Positions 1 to 7,312 of a DNA stretch of 64,000 nt are shown piece by piece. The notes below the pieces were generated by a model. The model saw only the letters and a program-made list of their open reading frames with translations. It searched no databases and was not told the DNA's origin. Made by a program: the position numbers and the translations under genes. Position 1 is the stretch's first letter. Each line of letters begins with the position of its first letter. This DNA comes from an uncultured Holophagales bacterium (lineage in GTDB: Bacteria; Acidobacteriota; Thermoanaerobaculia; Multivoradales; UBA5704), in contig CAWJGT010000027.1 in assembly GCA_963842525.1 (NCBI GenBank), positions 1 to 64,000 on the forward strand. The letters run 5' to 3'.

Positions 1-1
1 C

Positions 2-292
2 ATCGCCGAAGCCCGCCTCGTCGAAGACTCGGGCGTCCTCTACTTCTGCGCCAAAGACTGGTGCCCGCACTACCAGGGCCAGCTCGGCATCCTCGCCGGC
101 AGCGAGACCATGCACTGCGCCCTGGTGCAGTACCCGCCGAACCAGATCTGCCAGCCCTTCTACCTCGAAGTCGCCGAGGACCTCGACAAGCAACGCCGAG
201 CCACCTGGGAGCAACGCCTCGCCGAAGCCGAAGCCTTCGAATCCGCCGTGGCCGCCGCCGCGGCAATCCCCCAACCAGGAGTCACCGCATGA
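2..292 (+). CDS. Hypothetical protein (5' partial)
   Basis: Frame open from base 2 through ORF 110..292; codon usage like neighbouring element genes. Confidence 0.6.
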   Translation: MAEARLVEDSGVLYFCAKDWCPHYQGQLGILAGSETMHCALVQYPPNQICQPFYLEVAEDLDKQRRATWEQRLAEAEAFESAVAAAAAIPQPGVTA

Positions 293-330
293 TCGTCCGA
301 TCCGCCCGCTCCGTCCGATTCCGTCCGAGT

Positions 331-372
331 CCCTGCTGTCCTTGTCGTCCTTGGTGTCCTTGCTGTCCTTTT
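331..372. repeat. 9-bp tandem repeat (GTCCTTGNN-like)
   Basis: ccctgctgtccttgtcgtccttggtgtccttgctgtcctttt. Confidence 0.7.
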
Positions 373-381
373 GAGCGCCTG

Positions 382-440
382 TTCCCCCTCTCCCGGGGAA
401 AGGGCGGGCGGGAGATGGGAGAGGGGGCCAGGGGGTGAGG
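382..440 (+). repeat. REP-like palindrome family A (CCCCTCTCCC..GGGAGAGGGGGCCAGGGGGTGAGG)
   Basis: Hairpin core plus GGGGGTGAGG tail; about 10 copies across the window. Confidence 0.85.
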
Positions 441-442
441 CC

Positions 443-1132
443 ATGACCCACCACCAAGCCGCCCTCCCGCCCGGCTGGCACCTCGCCGACGAGGCCGCCC
501 TCCCCGGCGGCAAGACCATCACCGGCACCGCCGCCCGCGTCTACAACCTCCTCCACGAGACCCGCCGCCGCGGCTACCGCTGGAAAGTCGGCCGGCATCT
601 TGCCCCCGCCGGTTGGGTCCCCACCTGGGTCCTGCGCGAGCCCTGGGCCGGGGGAGCTGCTGGCGATCGCCGCCTCCGCGACCTCCGTGAAGCCGGTGTA
701 GACATCGAGAACCTACGCTTCACGCCGCCCGGAGACGCCCCCACCTCCGCCTCCTGGCTCTGGCGCCTGGCTCCGCCAGACCCAGGCTCCCGCCACCCCG
801 TTGCGCTCGCTCAGCCCGTCGAGAGCCCACCGTGCGAAGCATCCGCCGGCACCCCCCTCTACGGCATCGCCATCCGCTTCGTAGCTCGAGAGACTCCTGG
901 CGCGATCGACATCTCGCCGGGAGCCTCGTCGCCGCTGGCGCCGTCCCTCGGCGCCCGCGACGACGAGGCTTACCGGCGAGAGCTGCTCGAAGCCTTCCAC
1001 GCAGGCCGTCTCGTGAGCTGTCTCAAGGGCCACACCGAATGGCGCCTCTGGGCCGATCCAGCCGCCGCCTACGACCCGCGTCCCGTCCTGAGGGGAGCCC
1101 TGTCCAAGCTGGGAGCGAGCCTTGGGGCATGA
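443..1132 (+). CDS. Hypothetical protein, possible winged-HTH
   Basis: ATG just after REP; GDRRLRDLREAG segment resembles an HTH recognition helix; stop overlaps next ATG (ATGA). Confidence 0.6.
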   Translation: MTHHQAALPPGWHLADEAALPGGKTITGTAARVYNLLHETRRRGYRWKVGRHLAPAGWVPTWVLREPWAGGAAGDRRLRDLREAGVDIENLRFTPPGDAPTSASWLWRLAPPDPGSRHPVALAQPVESPPCEASAGTPLYGIAIRFVARETPGAIDISPGASSPLAPSLGARDDEAYRRELLEAFHAGRLVSCLKGHTEWRLWADPAAAYDPRPVLRGALSKLGASLGA

Positions 1133-2047
1133 GCACCTCGCGGCCGTCCTCGAACACGCCAACAAAGGCGGCTCCCATCTCATGATCCTCATGGTCATCG
1201 CCTACTACTGCGACGCGCGCGGCGAGTGGATCGTTGACCAGGCCACGCTTCAGAAGCGCACCCGCTTCAGGCGCCGCCGTGTCCAGCAGCTCCTCGACGA
1301 GCTGGTCAAAGCGGGGAGCTCGCCGTCACGCGCGGCGATGGCCGCGGCAAGCTCTCCAAGCTCTGCCTGCTCATCGGCCCACCCGCTCCCTTCCCCCCTC
1401 TCCCGGTGGAAGGGCGTGCGCTGGGAGAGGGGGGCCAGGGGGGTGAGGGGCTTCCGGAAAAGGGCGCAGGGGAGTGCACCCTTTCCGCCCAAAAGGGCGC
1501 AAGGGAGTGCACCCTTTCGGAGGAAAAGGGCGCAGAGGAGTGCACCCTTTCCGCCCAAAAGGGCGCAGAGGAGTGCACCCTTTCTGCCCAAAAGGGCGCA
1601 GAGGAGTGCACCCTTTCTCACCCCCCGGTCCCCCCTTTTCCCCCAGACCCCCAAATCCCCCCTTACCCCCCAAAAGCAAAAACAAAAAATCAGGAGACCT
1701 TCGGTCTCCGGCCCCTGTCGGGTCCGCAGAGCGGGGTCTTTCGAGCCAACCTTCTGCTCGACGAGGCGGGCATCCCTCGCCCGAGCCCTGCGCAGATCAA
1801 CCTCTGGTCGACGACCCTGGGAGGCATCGAGCCGCTCCTGGCCCTGCTGGGCCGGCTGATCCACGCCGGCCTCGCGACCAAGCGAGAGCCCCACGCCTAC
1901 ATCCACCGGGTCGTCATGGAGCAGGCCGCCAGGCCTGAGCCTGCCCATCCGGCCCGATCCGCCAATCCGATGCGCACCGCCGGAGTGGACGAGCTCCGGC
2001 GACAACAGGCCGCACGAATCATGGCCGGCAAGAAAGGTCACACATGA
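1129..2047 (+). CDS. Phage-type HTH replication initiator with internal iteron repeats (frameshifted in this sequence)
   Basis: N-terminal AVLEHANKGGSHLMILMVIAYYCD..QATLQKRTRFRRRRVQQLLDELVKAG (HTH_36-like); continues in other frames (GELAVTRGDGRG; KGAEECTLSAQ repeats); lies upstream of DnaC/DnaB-like genes. Confidence 0.7.
1391..1449 (+). repeat. REP-like family A copy inside initiator gene
   Basis: cccccctctcccgg..gggagagggggccaggggggtgagg. Confidence 0.85.
1458..1616. repeat. Five 33-bp palindromic iteron-like repeats (putative origin)
   Basis: AAAAGGGCGCA-N6-TGCACCCTTT units start at 1458, 1491, 1524, 1557, 1590; followed by an A-rich tract near 1672-1689. Confidence 0.85.
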
Positions 2048-4278
2048 CACACCACGAAGCTGTCGGATCGCGTTCCCCCTCTCCCGGCGGGGGGCGGTCG
2101 GAAGATGGGAGAGGGGGCCAGGGGGTGAGGTCGCATTCCCCCCTCTCCCGGGGGAAGGGAGTGCGGATGGGAGAGGGGGGCCAGGGGGGTGAGGGTTTGG
2201 GTTCCCCCTCTCCCGTTCGGGGCGGGGGTCCGGCGGACGCACGGGAGAGGGGGCCAGGGGGAGAGGGCTCCCGGCTCAGGTCCTGGCAGTGCACCCGCTG
2301 CCACGAAGACCAAGTCGGCGCCGTCCCCGAAGACGGCCTCTGCCATACCTGCCACGACGCCCAGACAGCCGCCAACGCCTTTACCGAGGCCGACGCCGGG
2401 ATCCCTGAGCGCTATCGCCGCCTCACGCGCGAGAGCTGGACCGCGCGCTTCGAGCGCCCCTGGCCCGAAGCCCTGCAGCACTGGACCGGCACCCCCCATT
2501 GGGTGGCCCTTTGGGGGCCTACCGGCACCGGCAAGACCGGCATTGCCACCGTTCTGCTCGCCGAGCACCTGCGCACAGGCCGCCGTGGTCGCTGGATCTC
2601 CGGCCCCGAGCTCGCGAGGCGCATCCAGCGCGACTTCACAGCCGTCGAAGAAGTCCTCGCCCCGCTCCTGGTCACCCCGCTCCTCGTCCTCGACGAGCCC
2701 CTCACCGGCTCCGCCGCCGACTGGTATATGGACCGGCTGACCCTCATCACCCGCACCCGCGACGACCGCGGCCTGCCCACCGTCCTGACCAGCCAGCTCC
2801 TCCCCGAGCTGCTCTTTAACCCTACCGCCACCTGCCCGCCGCCACTCCTGTCGCGCTGGCTCTCCGGCATCCGCATCCATGACGAGCTCGCCGGCGAGGA
2901 ACGTGCGCCTGAAGGAGGCCTTCTGATGACCAGGCCCAAGCAGCAATTCGTGCCCCACAGCGAAGAAGCCGAACGAGCCGTCCTCGGCGCCCTGCTCCTG
3001 GAGCCCCTGCGCATCGCCCAAGTCCGGACCCGCCTGGAGCCGAGAGACTGGTACGTCGAGCGCAATCGCGTCCTCTACCAGGCCCTCCTCGACGTTGCCG
3101 ACACCGGATCGACGCCCGACCTCCTGACCGTCCAGGCCCACCTCGAGCAGGCCGGCGCCCTGGCCACGATCGGGGGCCCGGCCTACCTCGCCACCCTCGA
3201 CGTGGACCTGCCCGACATCGATCGTCTCGACGAATACGCCGAGATCGTCCGCGAGAGAAGCGTACGGCGCGACCTCATCGCCGGCGCCCAGAAGATCATC
3301 ATCGAGGCCGCCGTCACCGCCCGGCCCGTCGCCGAGTTGCTCTCCGGTCTGCGCGACAGCGCCGACCAGCTCCTCGGCCGCGCCGCCCGGGTCCACTGGA
3401 CAGGCGCAGGCAATGTCCTCAACCGCCTCCTGCTCGGCATCGAGAACGGCCCTCCCGAGGCCCTCCAGGGCCTCAGCACCGGCTATCCGGCCTGGGACCG
3501 GCTCGGCCCCGGCTTCCTCCGCGGCGGCCTCTACGTCCTCGCCGGCCGGCCGGGAATGGGGAAGACCTCCCTAGCCCTCGACCTCACCCGCCACGTCGCC
3601 GTGGATCTACTGCGGCCGGCCGGCGTCTTTTCCCTCGAAATGCGCAGCGACGAGCTGGGCTTGAAGCTCGGCTCCGCCGAAGCCGACGTCGCCGCCCGCT
3701 ACATGAGAGCCGGCCACCTCTCCGGCCGCCAGTGGCAGGACCTCTTCGCAGCCACCCGCCGCATGCTCGCCGCCCCCCTCTACCTCGATGACACCCCAGG
3801 ACTCGTGCTCCGCGACCTCGAAGCCCGGGCCTGGTGGCTCAAGGCCCGGTACCCCGATCTCGCCCTCCTGGTCGTGGACTACCTCCAGCTCGTCAATGCC
3901 GGAATCCGGGTCGAGCAGCGCCGCCTGGAAATCGCCCACATCACCCGGCGTCTCAAAGAGCTGGCCGGCGAGTTGGACGTCGTCGTCCTCGTCCTCTCCC
4001 AGCTCAACAGAGAGCTGACCCGCCGGAGCGACCCCAGGCCGCAGCTCGCCGACCTGGCCGAGTCCGGAGCCATCGAGCAAGCCGCCGACCAGGTCGCCTT
4101 CATCCACCGCCCCGAAGCCTACGAGCCAGACGACGCCGCCCTGCGCGGCCTCGCCGAAATCATCGTGGCGAAGCACCGGCACGGAGAGTCGGGCACCTTC
4201 GAGCTGACCTGGGCCGGCGCCACAACCTCCTTCCGCAACCGTCCAGCGCCGGCCCCAGCCGGACCGGATCCGTTCTGA
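2044..4278 (+). CDS. dnaB: DnaC/IstB-like ATPase followed in frame by DnaB-like replicative helicase (probable separate helicase start at 2926)
   Basis: CxxC..CxxC, GPTGTGKT, LLVLDE; then PHSEEAERAVLG, GRPGMGKTS, VVDYLQL, LSQLNR, DLAESGAIEQAAD, IIVAKHRHG; GGAGG precedes ATG 2926. Confidence 0.9.
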   Translation: MTHHEAVGSRSPSPGGGRSEDGRGGQGVRSHSPLSRGKGVRMGEGGQGGEGLGSPSPVRGGGPADARERGPGGEGSRLRSWQCTRCHEDQVGAVPEDGLCHTCHDAQTAANAFTEADAGIPERYRRLTRESWTARFERPWPEALQHWTGTPHWVALWGPTGTGKTGIATVLLAEHLRTGRRGRWISGPELARRIQRDFTAVEEVLAPLLVTPLLVLDEPLTGSAADWYMDRLTLITRTRDDRGLPTVLTSQLLPELLFNPTATCPPPLLSRWLSGIRIHDELAGEERAPEGGLLMTRPKQQFVPHSEEAERAVLGALLLEPLRIAQVRTRLEPRDWYVERNRVLYQALLDVADTGSTPDLLTVQAHLEQAGALATIGGPAYLATLDVDLPDIDRLDEYAEIVRERSVRRDLIAGAQKIIIEAAVTARPVAELLSGLRDSADQLLGRAARVHWTGAGNVLNRLLLGIENGPPEALQGLSTGYPAWDRLGPGFLRGGLYVLAGRPGMGKTSLALDLTRHVAVDLLRPAGVFSLEMRSDELGLKLGSAEADVAARYMRAGHLSGRQWQDLFAATRRMLAAPLYLDDTPGLVLRDLEARAWWLKARYPDLALLVVDYLQLVNAGIRVEQRRLEIAHITRRLKELAGELDVVVLVLSQLNRELTRRSDPRPQLADLAESGAIEQAADQVAFIHRPEAYEPDDAALRGLAEIIVAKHRHGESGTFELTWAGATTSFRNRPAPAPAGPDPF
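2073..2267 (+). repeat. Three tandem REP-like family A copies in frame at 5' end of DnaC-like gene
   Basis: Three CCCCTCTCCC..GGGAGAGGGGGCCAGGGGG units, no stop in the coding frame. Confidence 0.85.
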
Positions 4279-4661
4279 TGCTGAAACCCGAGCACGCGCG
4301 CGTTCATCTGGCCCGCGTCAATCCTGGCCGCACGCGGTGGGGCTGGCCCGTGGGCCTGCGAGACGGTGCCCTCCTGGCCCTGGTCGCGGCCGGCCTGAGC
4401 GCCGCGGAAATCTCCAGGCTCCGCGCCACCTCGATCACCATGGAGCGGGGGAGGCTCGTGGTCGCGGTCCTGCGGCGCGGCACCGTCCTGCCGATCACGC
4501 TGCCCATGGACCTCGGAGCCCGCCTGCTCGCCTGGCTCTCAGATCGCCGCCTGTGGGGCGCCGACGCACCGGTCTTCACCGGACCGCGCGGGCGGCCGAT
4601 CTCACTGGACGGTCTCTACACAGTCCTGCGGCGATACCGGCGCAGAAGGAGGGACCGCTGA
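4278..4661 (+). CDS. Short tyrosine-recombinase-fold protein lacking catalytic residues
   Basis: GLRDGALLALVAAGLSAAEISRLRATSI resembles integrase box I with R replaced by S; ends before HxxR/Y; TGATG-coupled on both sides. Confidence 0.65.
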   Translation: MLKPEHARVHLARVNPGRTRWGWPVGLRDGALLALVAAGLSAAEISRLRATSITMERGRLVVAVLRRGTVLPITLPMDLGARLLAWLSDRRLWGADAPVFTGPRGRPISLDGLYTVLRRYRRRRRDR

Positions 4662-5065
4662 TGCGAGTCGCCGTCAATCCCCTGGAGCTCCTGGCTTGGT
4701 GGGAGGGTAGGGGAGGGCGCCGCCCTCTCACCGTGCGAGACATCGCCCGCAAGCTCGGCATCTCGGAAGCCACCGCGCGCAAGCACCTCCACGCCCTCCG
4801 AGCCGCCGGTAGAGTCGACGACCCGGCGCGCACCCGTGCCCTGGCGGCTCGGCGAGGCTCCCGCCGCGGAGGCCGGCCAACCAATCCCCTCAACGACGAC
4901 GCCCTGGCCGCCACCTGGGAAGCCCAGCGCCGAGCCGCCTCCCAGCGAGGCACCAGACCCAGCATCGCCGCCGTAGCCCGTCACCTGCACGTCAGCCGGA
5001 GCCGCGTCCGCAGGCGGCTCCAAGAGATCGGACTGCTCGAAGAGCCGGCCGCTTCGAGGCAGTAG
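4661..5065 (+). CDS. Double HTH DNA-binding protein
   Basis: TVRDIARKLGISEATARKHL and SIAAVARHLHVSRSRVRRRL. Confidence 0.8.
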   Translation: MRVAVNPLELLAWWEGRGGRRPLTVRDIARKLGISEATARKHLHALRAAGRVDDPARTRALAARRGSRRGGRPTNPLNDDALAATWEAQRRAASQRGTRPSIAAVARHLHVSRSRVRRRLQEIGLLEEPAASRQ

Positions 5066-5088
5066 AGAAGCCTGGAGGAGAGGAGACG

Positions 5089-5412
5089 ATGGATATCGGA
5101 GAGCTGTTGGACGCACGCTTTCGGGAGCAGGCCCAGCAGATCGAAGCCCTGCGCCGCGAGCTGGAGGAGTTCAAGCGGCGCCGGCAGGAAGTGCCTGCGG
5201 AGGATTGGGTCACCATCGCGGTGTTCCTGAAGCGGCACGCCGCGCGGTTCACCCTGGGCCAGCTCCGCTGGCTCCTCTTCCACCGGAAGAAGAACGGGCT
5301 CGCGCCCTACGTCAAGAGGCCGGGCAAGACCCTGCTGATCCAGGAGCGCCTGTTCATCGCGGCAGCCCTTCAGCTCGACGTTCCGCATCGCCGCCGAGGC
5401 CGAGCAGCCTGA
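5089..5412 (+). CDS. Small DNA-binding/excisionase-like protein
   Basis: Strong RBS (GGAGGAGAGGAG); basic 107 aa; convergent with integrase. Confidence 0.6.
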   Translation: MDIGELLDARFREQAQQIEALRRELEEFKRRRQEVPAEDWVTIAVFLKRHAARFTLGQLRWLLFHRKKNGLAPYVKRPGKTLLIQERLFIAAALQLDVPHRRRGRAA

Positions 5413-6541
5413 TGAGATAGAACGAGGCGTCGTTGCGATGGCGGGCCTGTTTCGAGTACCTGCGCACCATGATCGGCGAGCGCCAACCGCCGCGCAGCAT
5501 CAGCTCGAGCTCCGAGACCCCGAGCAGCAGCGACATGCAGGCCCACTCATGGCGGAGGTCGTGGAAGCGGAAGTCACGGATCTGGGCCTTCTTCTTGGCG
5601 TACCGCCATTGCCCCATCGGAAACACCGGTAGCCGGCGCTGGTCCTCGCCGCGGACGGCCCACACATACCGGCTGAGGACCGGCTTCGCGGCCTGCGCTC
5701 GCAGCAACTCGCCAGCCAACCCGGGGAAGTAGAGCGTCCGCGCCTCCCCTGACTTGGTGTCCGTGACCTTGCACCGCGGCACACCTGGCCGCATCTGGCC
5801 GGTGAAAGGATCGAGCTCCTGGGGATCGAGCCGCAGATGGGCGCGCTCCATGCTCATCAGCTCGCCCTCGCGGGCCCCGGAGGCGAGGGCGCAGACCGTG
5901 AGAGCGTAGAGCCGTGTGTCGCTGCTGGCCCGCAGGGCGGCCCAAAGGCTCTCCCACTCCTGGACCGTAGCCTCGCGGTCGCGTTCCTCCTCCTGCTCGC
6001 CCTTGGCCTTCTTCCGGCGGCTCCCGGAGTGGAGGGGATTGGCCTGGATCCACTCCCAGTCCACACAGGAAGAGAGCACAGCGGAGAGAGCCGCCTTGTA
6101 GCGGTTCGCGGTCGCGTACTTGACCGGGCGGTCGCCGCCGTGCCCCTGATCCCGAAGAGAGCGCAGATCCTCGCGGACCGTGGACCGGGTCACGTCGCGC
6201 AGGATGCAGGCGCCGCGGCGAGCCTCCCACCAGGTGAGCTGCCGTTCGCGGTTCCGGCGTTCGGAGGCCGCGAGCCTGGGCAGCTCCTCGACGCGATACC
6301 GGGCGACCGCCTCGGCCAGCGTCCGGCGCCGCTCACTGCCCGACAGCCCCTTCCGGAGGTCCTGGCGGAGCTGGTCAAGCAGCTCCCGGGCATCCGTGAG
6401 GCGTTCGCGCGTGAAGCTCTTCGGACCGGCGTAGCCGGGGAACCTGGGCTTGATCTGATAGCCCTCGAGCTTGCCCTCGGCGGTGATCCGCTTGTAGATC
6501 CCTGGGTACTGCGTGCTCTCCAGCCGGCGCTTCCCTGGCAT
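5354..6541 (-). CDS. Tyrosine recombinase/phage integrase
   Basis: Catalytic set R (SGAREGE), K (TKSG), HDLRH, W (GGW), Y (RRY). Confidence 0.95.
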   Translation of the reverse strand: MPGKRRLESTQYPGIYKRITAEGKLEGYQIKPRFPGYAGPKSFTRERLTDARELLDQLRQDLRKGLSGSERRRTLAEAVARYRVEELPRLAASERRNRERQLTWWEARRGACILRDVTRSTVREDLRSLRDQGHGGDRPVKYATANRYKAALSAVLSSCVDWEWIQANPLHSGSRRKKAKGEQEEERDREATVQEWESLWAALRASSDTRLYALTVCALASGAREGELMSMERAHLRLDPQELDPFTGQMRPGVPRCKVTDTKSGEARTLYFPGLAGELLRAQAAKPVLSRYVWAVRGEDQRRLPVFPMGQWRYAKKKAQIRDFRFHDLRHEWACMSLLLGVSELELMLRGGWRSPIMVRRYSKQARHRNDASFYLIRLLGLGGDAERRAEGLPR

Positions 6542-6543
6542 TG

Positions 6544-6565
6544 ACTGTCCCCCAACTGTCCCCCA
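6544..6565. promoter_or_regulatory. Putative integrase arm-type binding sites
   Basis: Tandem direct repeat ACTGTCCCCCA x2 between int and tRNA. Confidence 0.55.
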
Positions 6566-6635
6566 AAGGGGTGTAGGGGTACTCTACCACGACCGCCAGC
6601 TAAGCGCAAGTCGTTGAATCTAAAAGAGGGGGAAG

Positions 6636-6711
6636 TGGTGGGCCGTCAGAGACTCGAACTCTGGACCCGCGGATTAAAAGTCCGCTGCTCTACCAACTGA
6701 GCTAACGGCCC
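6636..6711 (-). tRNA. tRNA-Lys(UUU)
   Basis: Reverse complement GGGCCGTTAGCTCAGTTGGTAGAGCAGCGGACTTTTAATCCGCGGGTCCAGAGTTCGAGTCTCTGACGGCCCACCA; 76 nt cloverleaf, anticodon TTT, encoded CCA. Confidence 0.98.
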
Positions 6712-6824
6712 CCAGAGGCGAGAGTATAGCGGAAGCCGAGCACCGGGTCTCCGGCGAGCCCCTGGTGTGGCGGTCCGGCGGCTTTGAGCGGTCTATAATG
6801 AGCTGGCCATGAAAGGAGGGCCCC

Positions 6825-7124
6825 ATGAGGACCCTGGTGAAGCTGGCGATCGTGGCAGGTCTCCTGGCGCTCTGCGCCTGCATGTCCAGCCGGACGGAGC
6901 AGACCAGCCAGGCGGTCGATGCGCAGAAGGTCGACTGCTCGGCGGTGCGCTGCGCGGCCTGTCCGGAAGGGCAGACGCCGCGGCTGAAGCCGCCGGACTG
7001 CTGCCGGTGCGTGCCGGTCGACCCGAAGGTCAAGGACTGCTCGAACGTCCGTTGCGCGGCGTGCCCCGAGGGCCAGCATCCCGCCCTCACGCCGCCGGAC
7101 TGCTGCCGCTGCGTACCTGATTAG
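6825..7124 (+). CDS. Small Cys-rich putative lipoprotein with two tandem 7-Cys modules
   Basis: AGGAGG RBS; signal peptide ending LCAC; DCSxVRCAACPEGQxPxLxPPDCCRCVP x2. Confidence 0.8.
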   Translation: MRTLVKLAIVAGLLALCACMSSRTEQTSQAVDAQKVDCSAVRCAACPEGQTPRLKPPDCCRCVPVDPKVKDCSNVRCAACPEGQHPALTPPDCCRCVPD

Positions 7125-7312
7125 CAGGGACGCGTCGGCCGTTCCCTTGCATGTCCTGGAGGGCCAGCACGGGCATGCTGCGAGGAAAACCTCGCCCCGT
7201 CACACCCGCGCCACTCCATTCGGCCCAAGATCGGTTAAACTCTCTGCCGTCCTCGCTCGATTGCCCGCCGCTCACCCGAGCGGCTGGAGCCTATTTCGGA
7301 GGGAATCACCCC

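Larger units (their letters stand above)
1..6635. mobile_element. Integrative element/prophage-like region (left end outside window) integrated at 3' end of tRNA-Lys
   Basis: Tyrosine integrase starts ~95 bp from the tRNA CCA end; translationally coupled HTH initiator, DnaC-like, DnaB-like, HTH and Xis-like genes; no structural genes in window. Confidence 0.85.
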
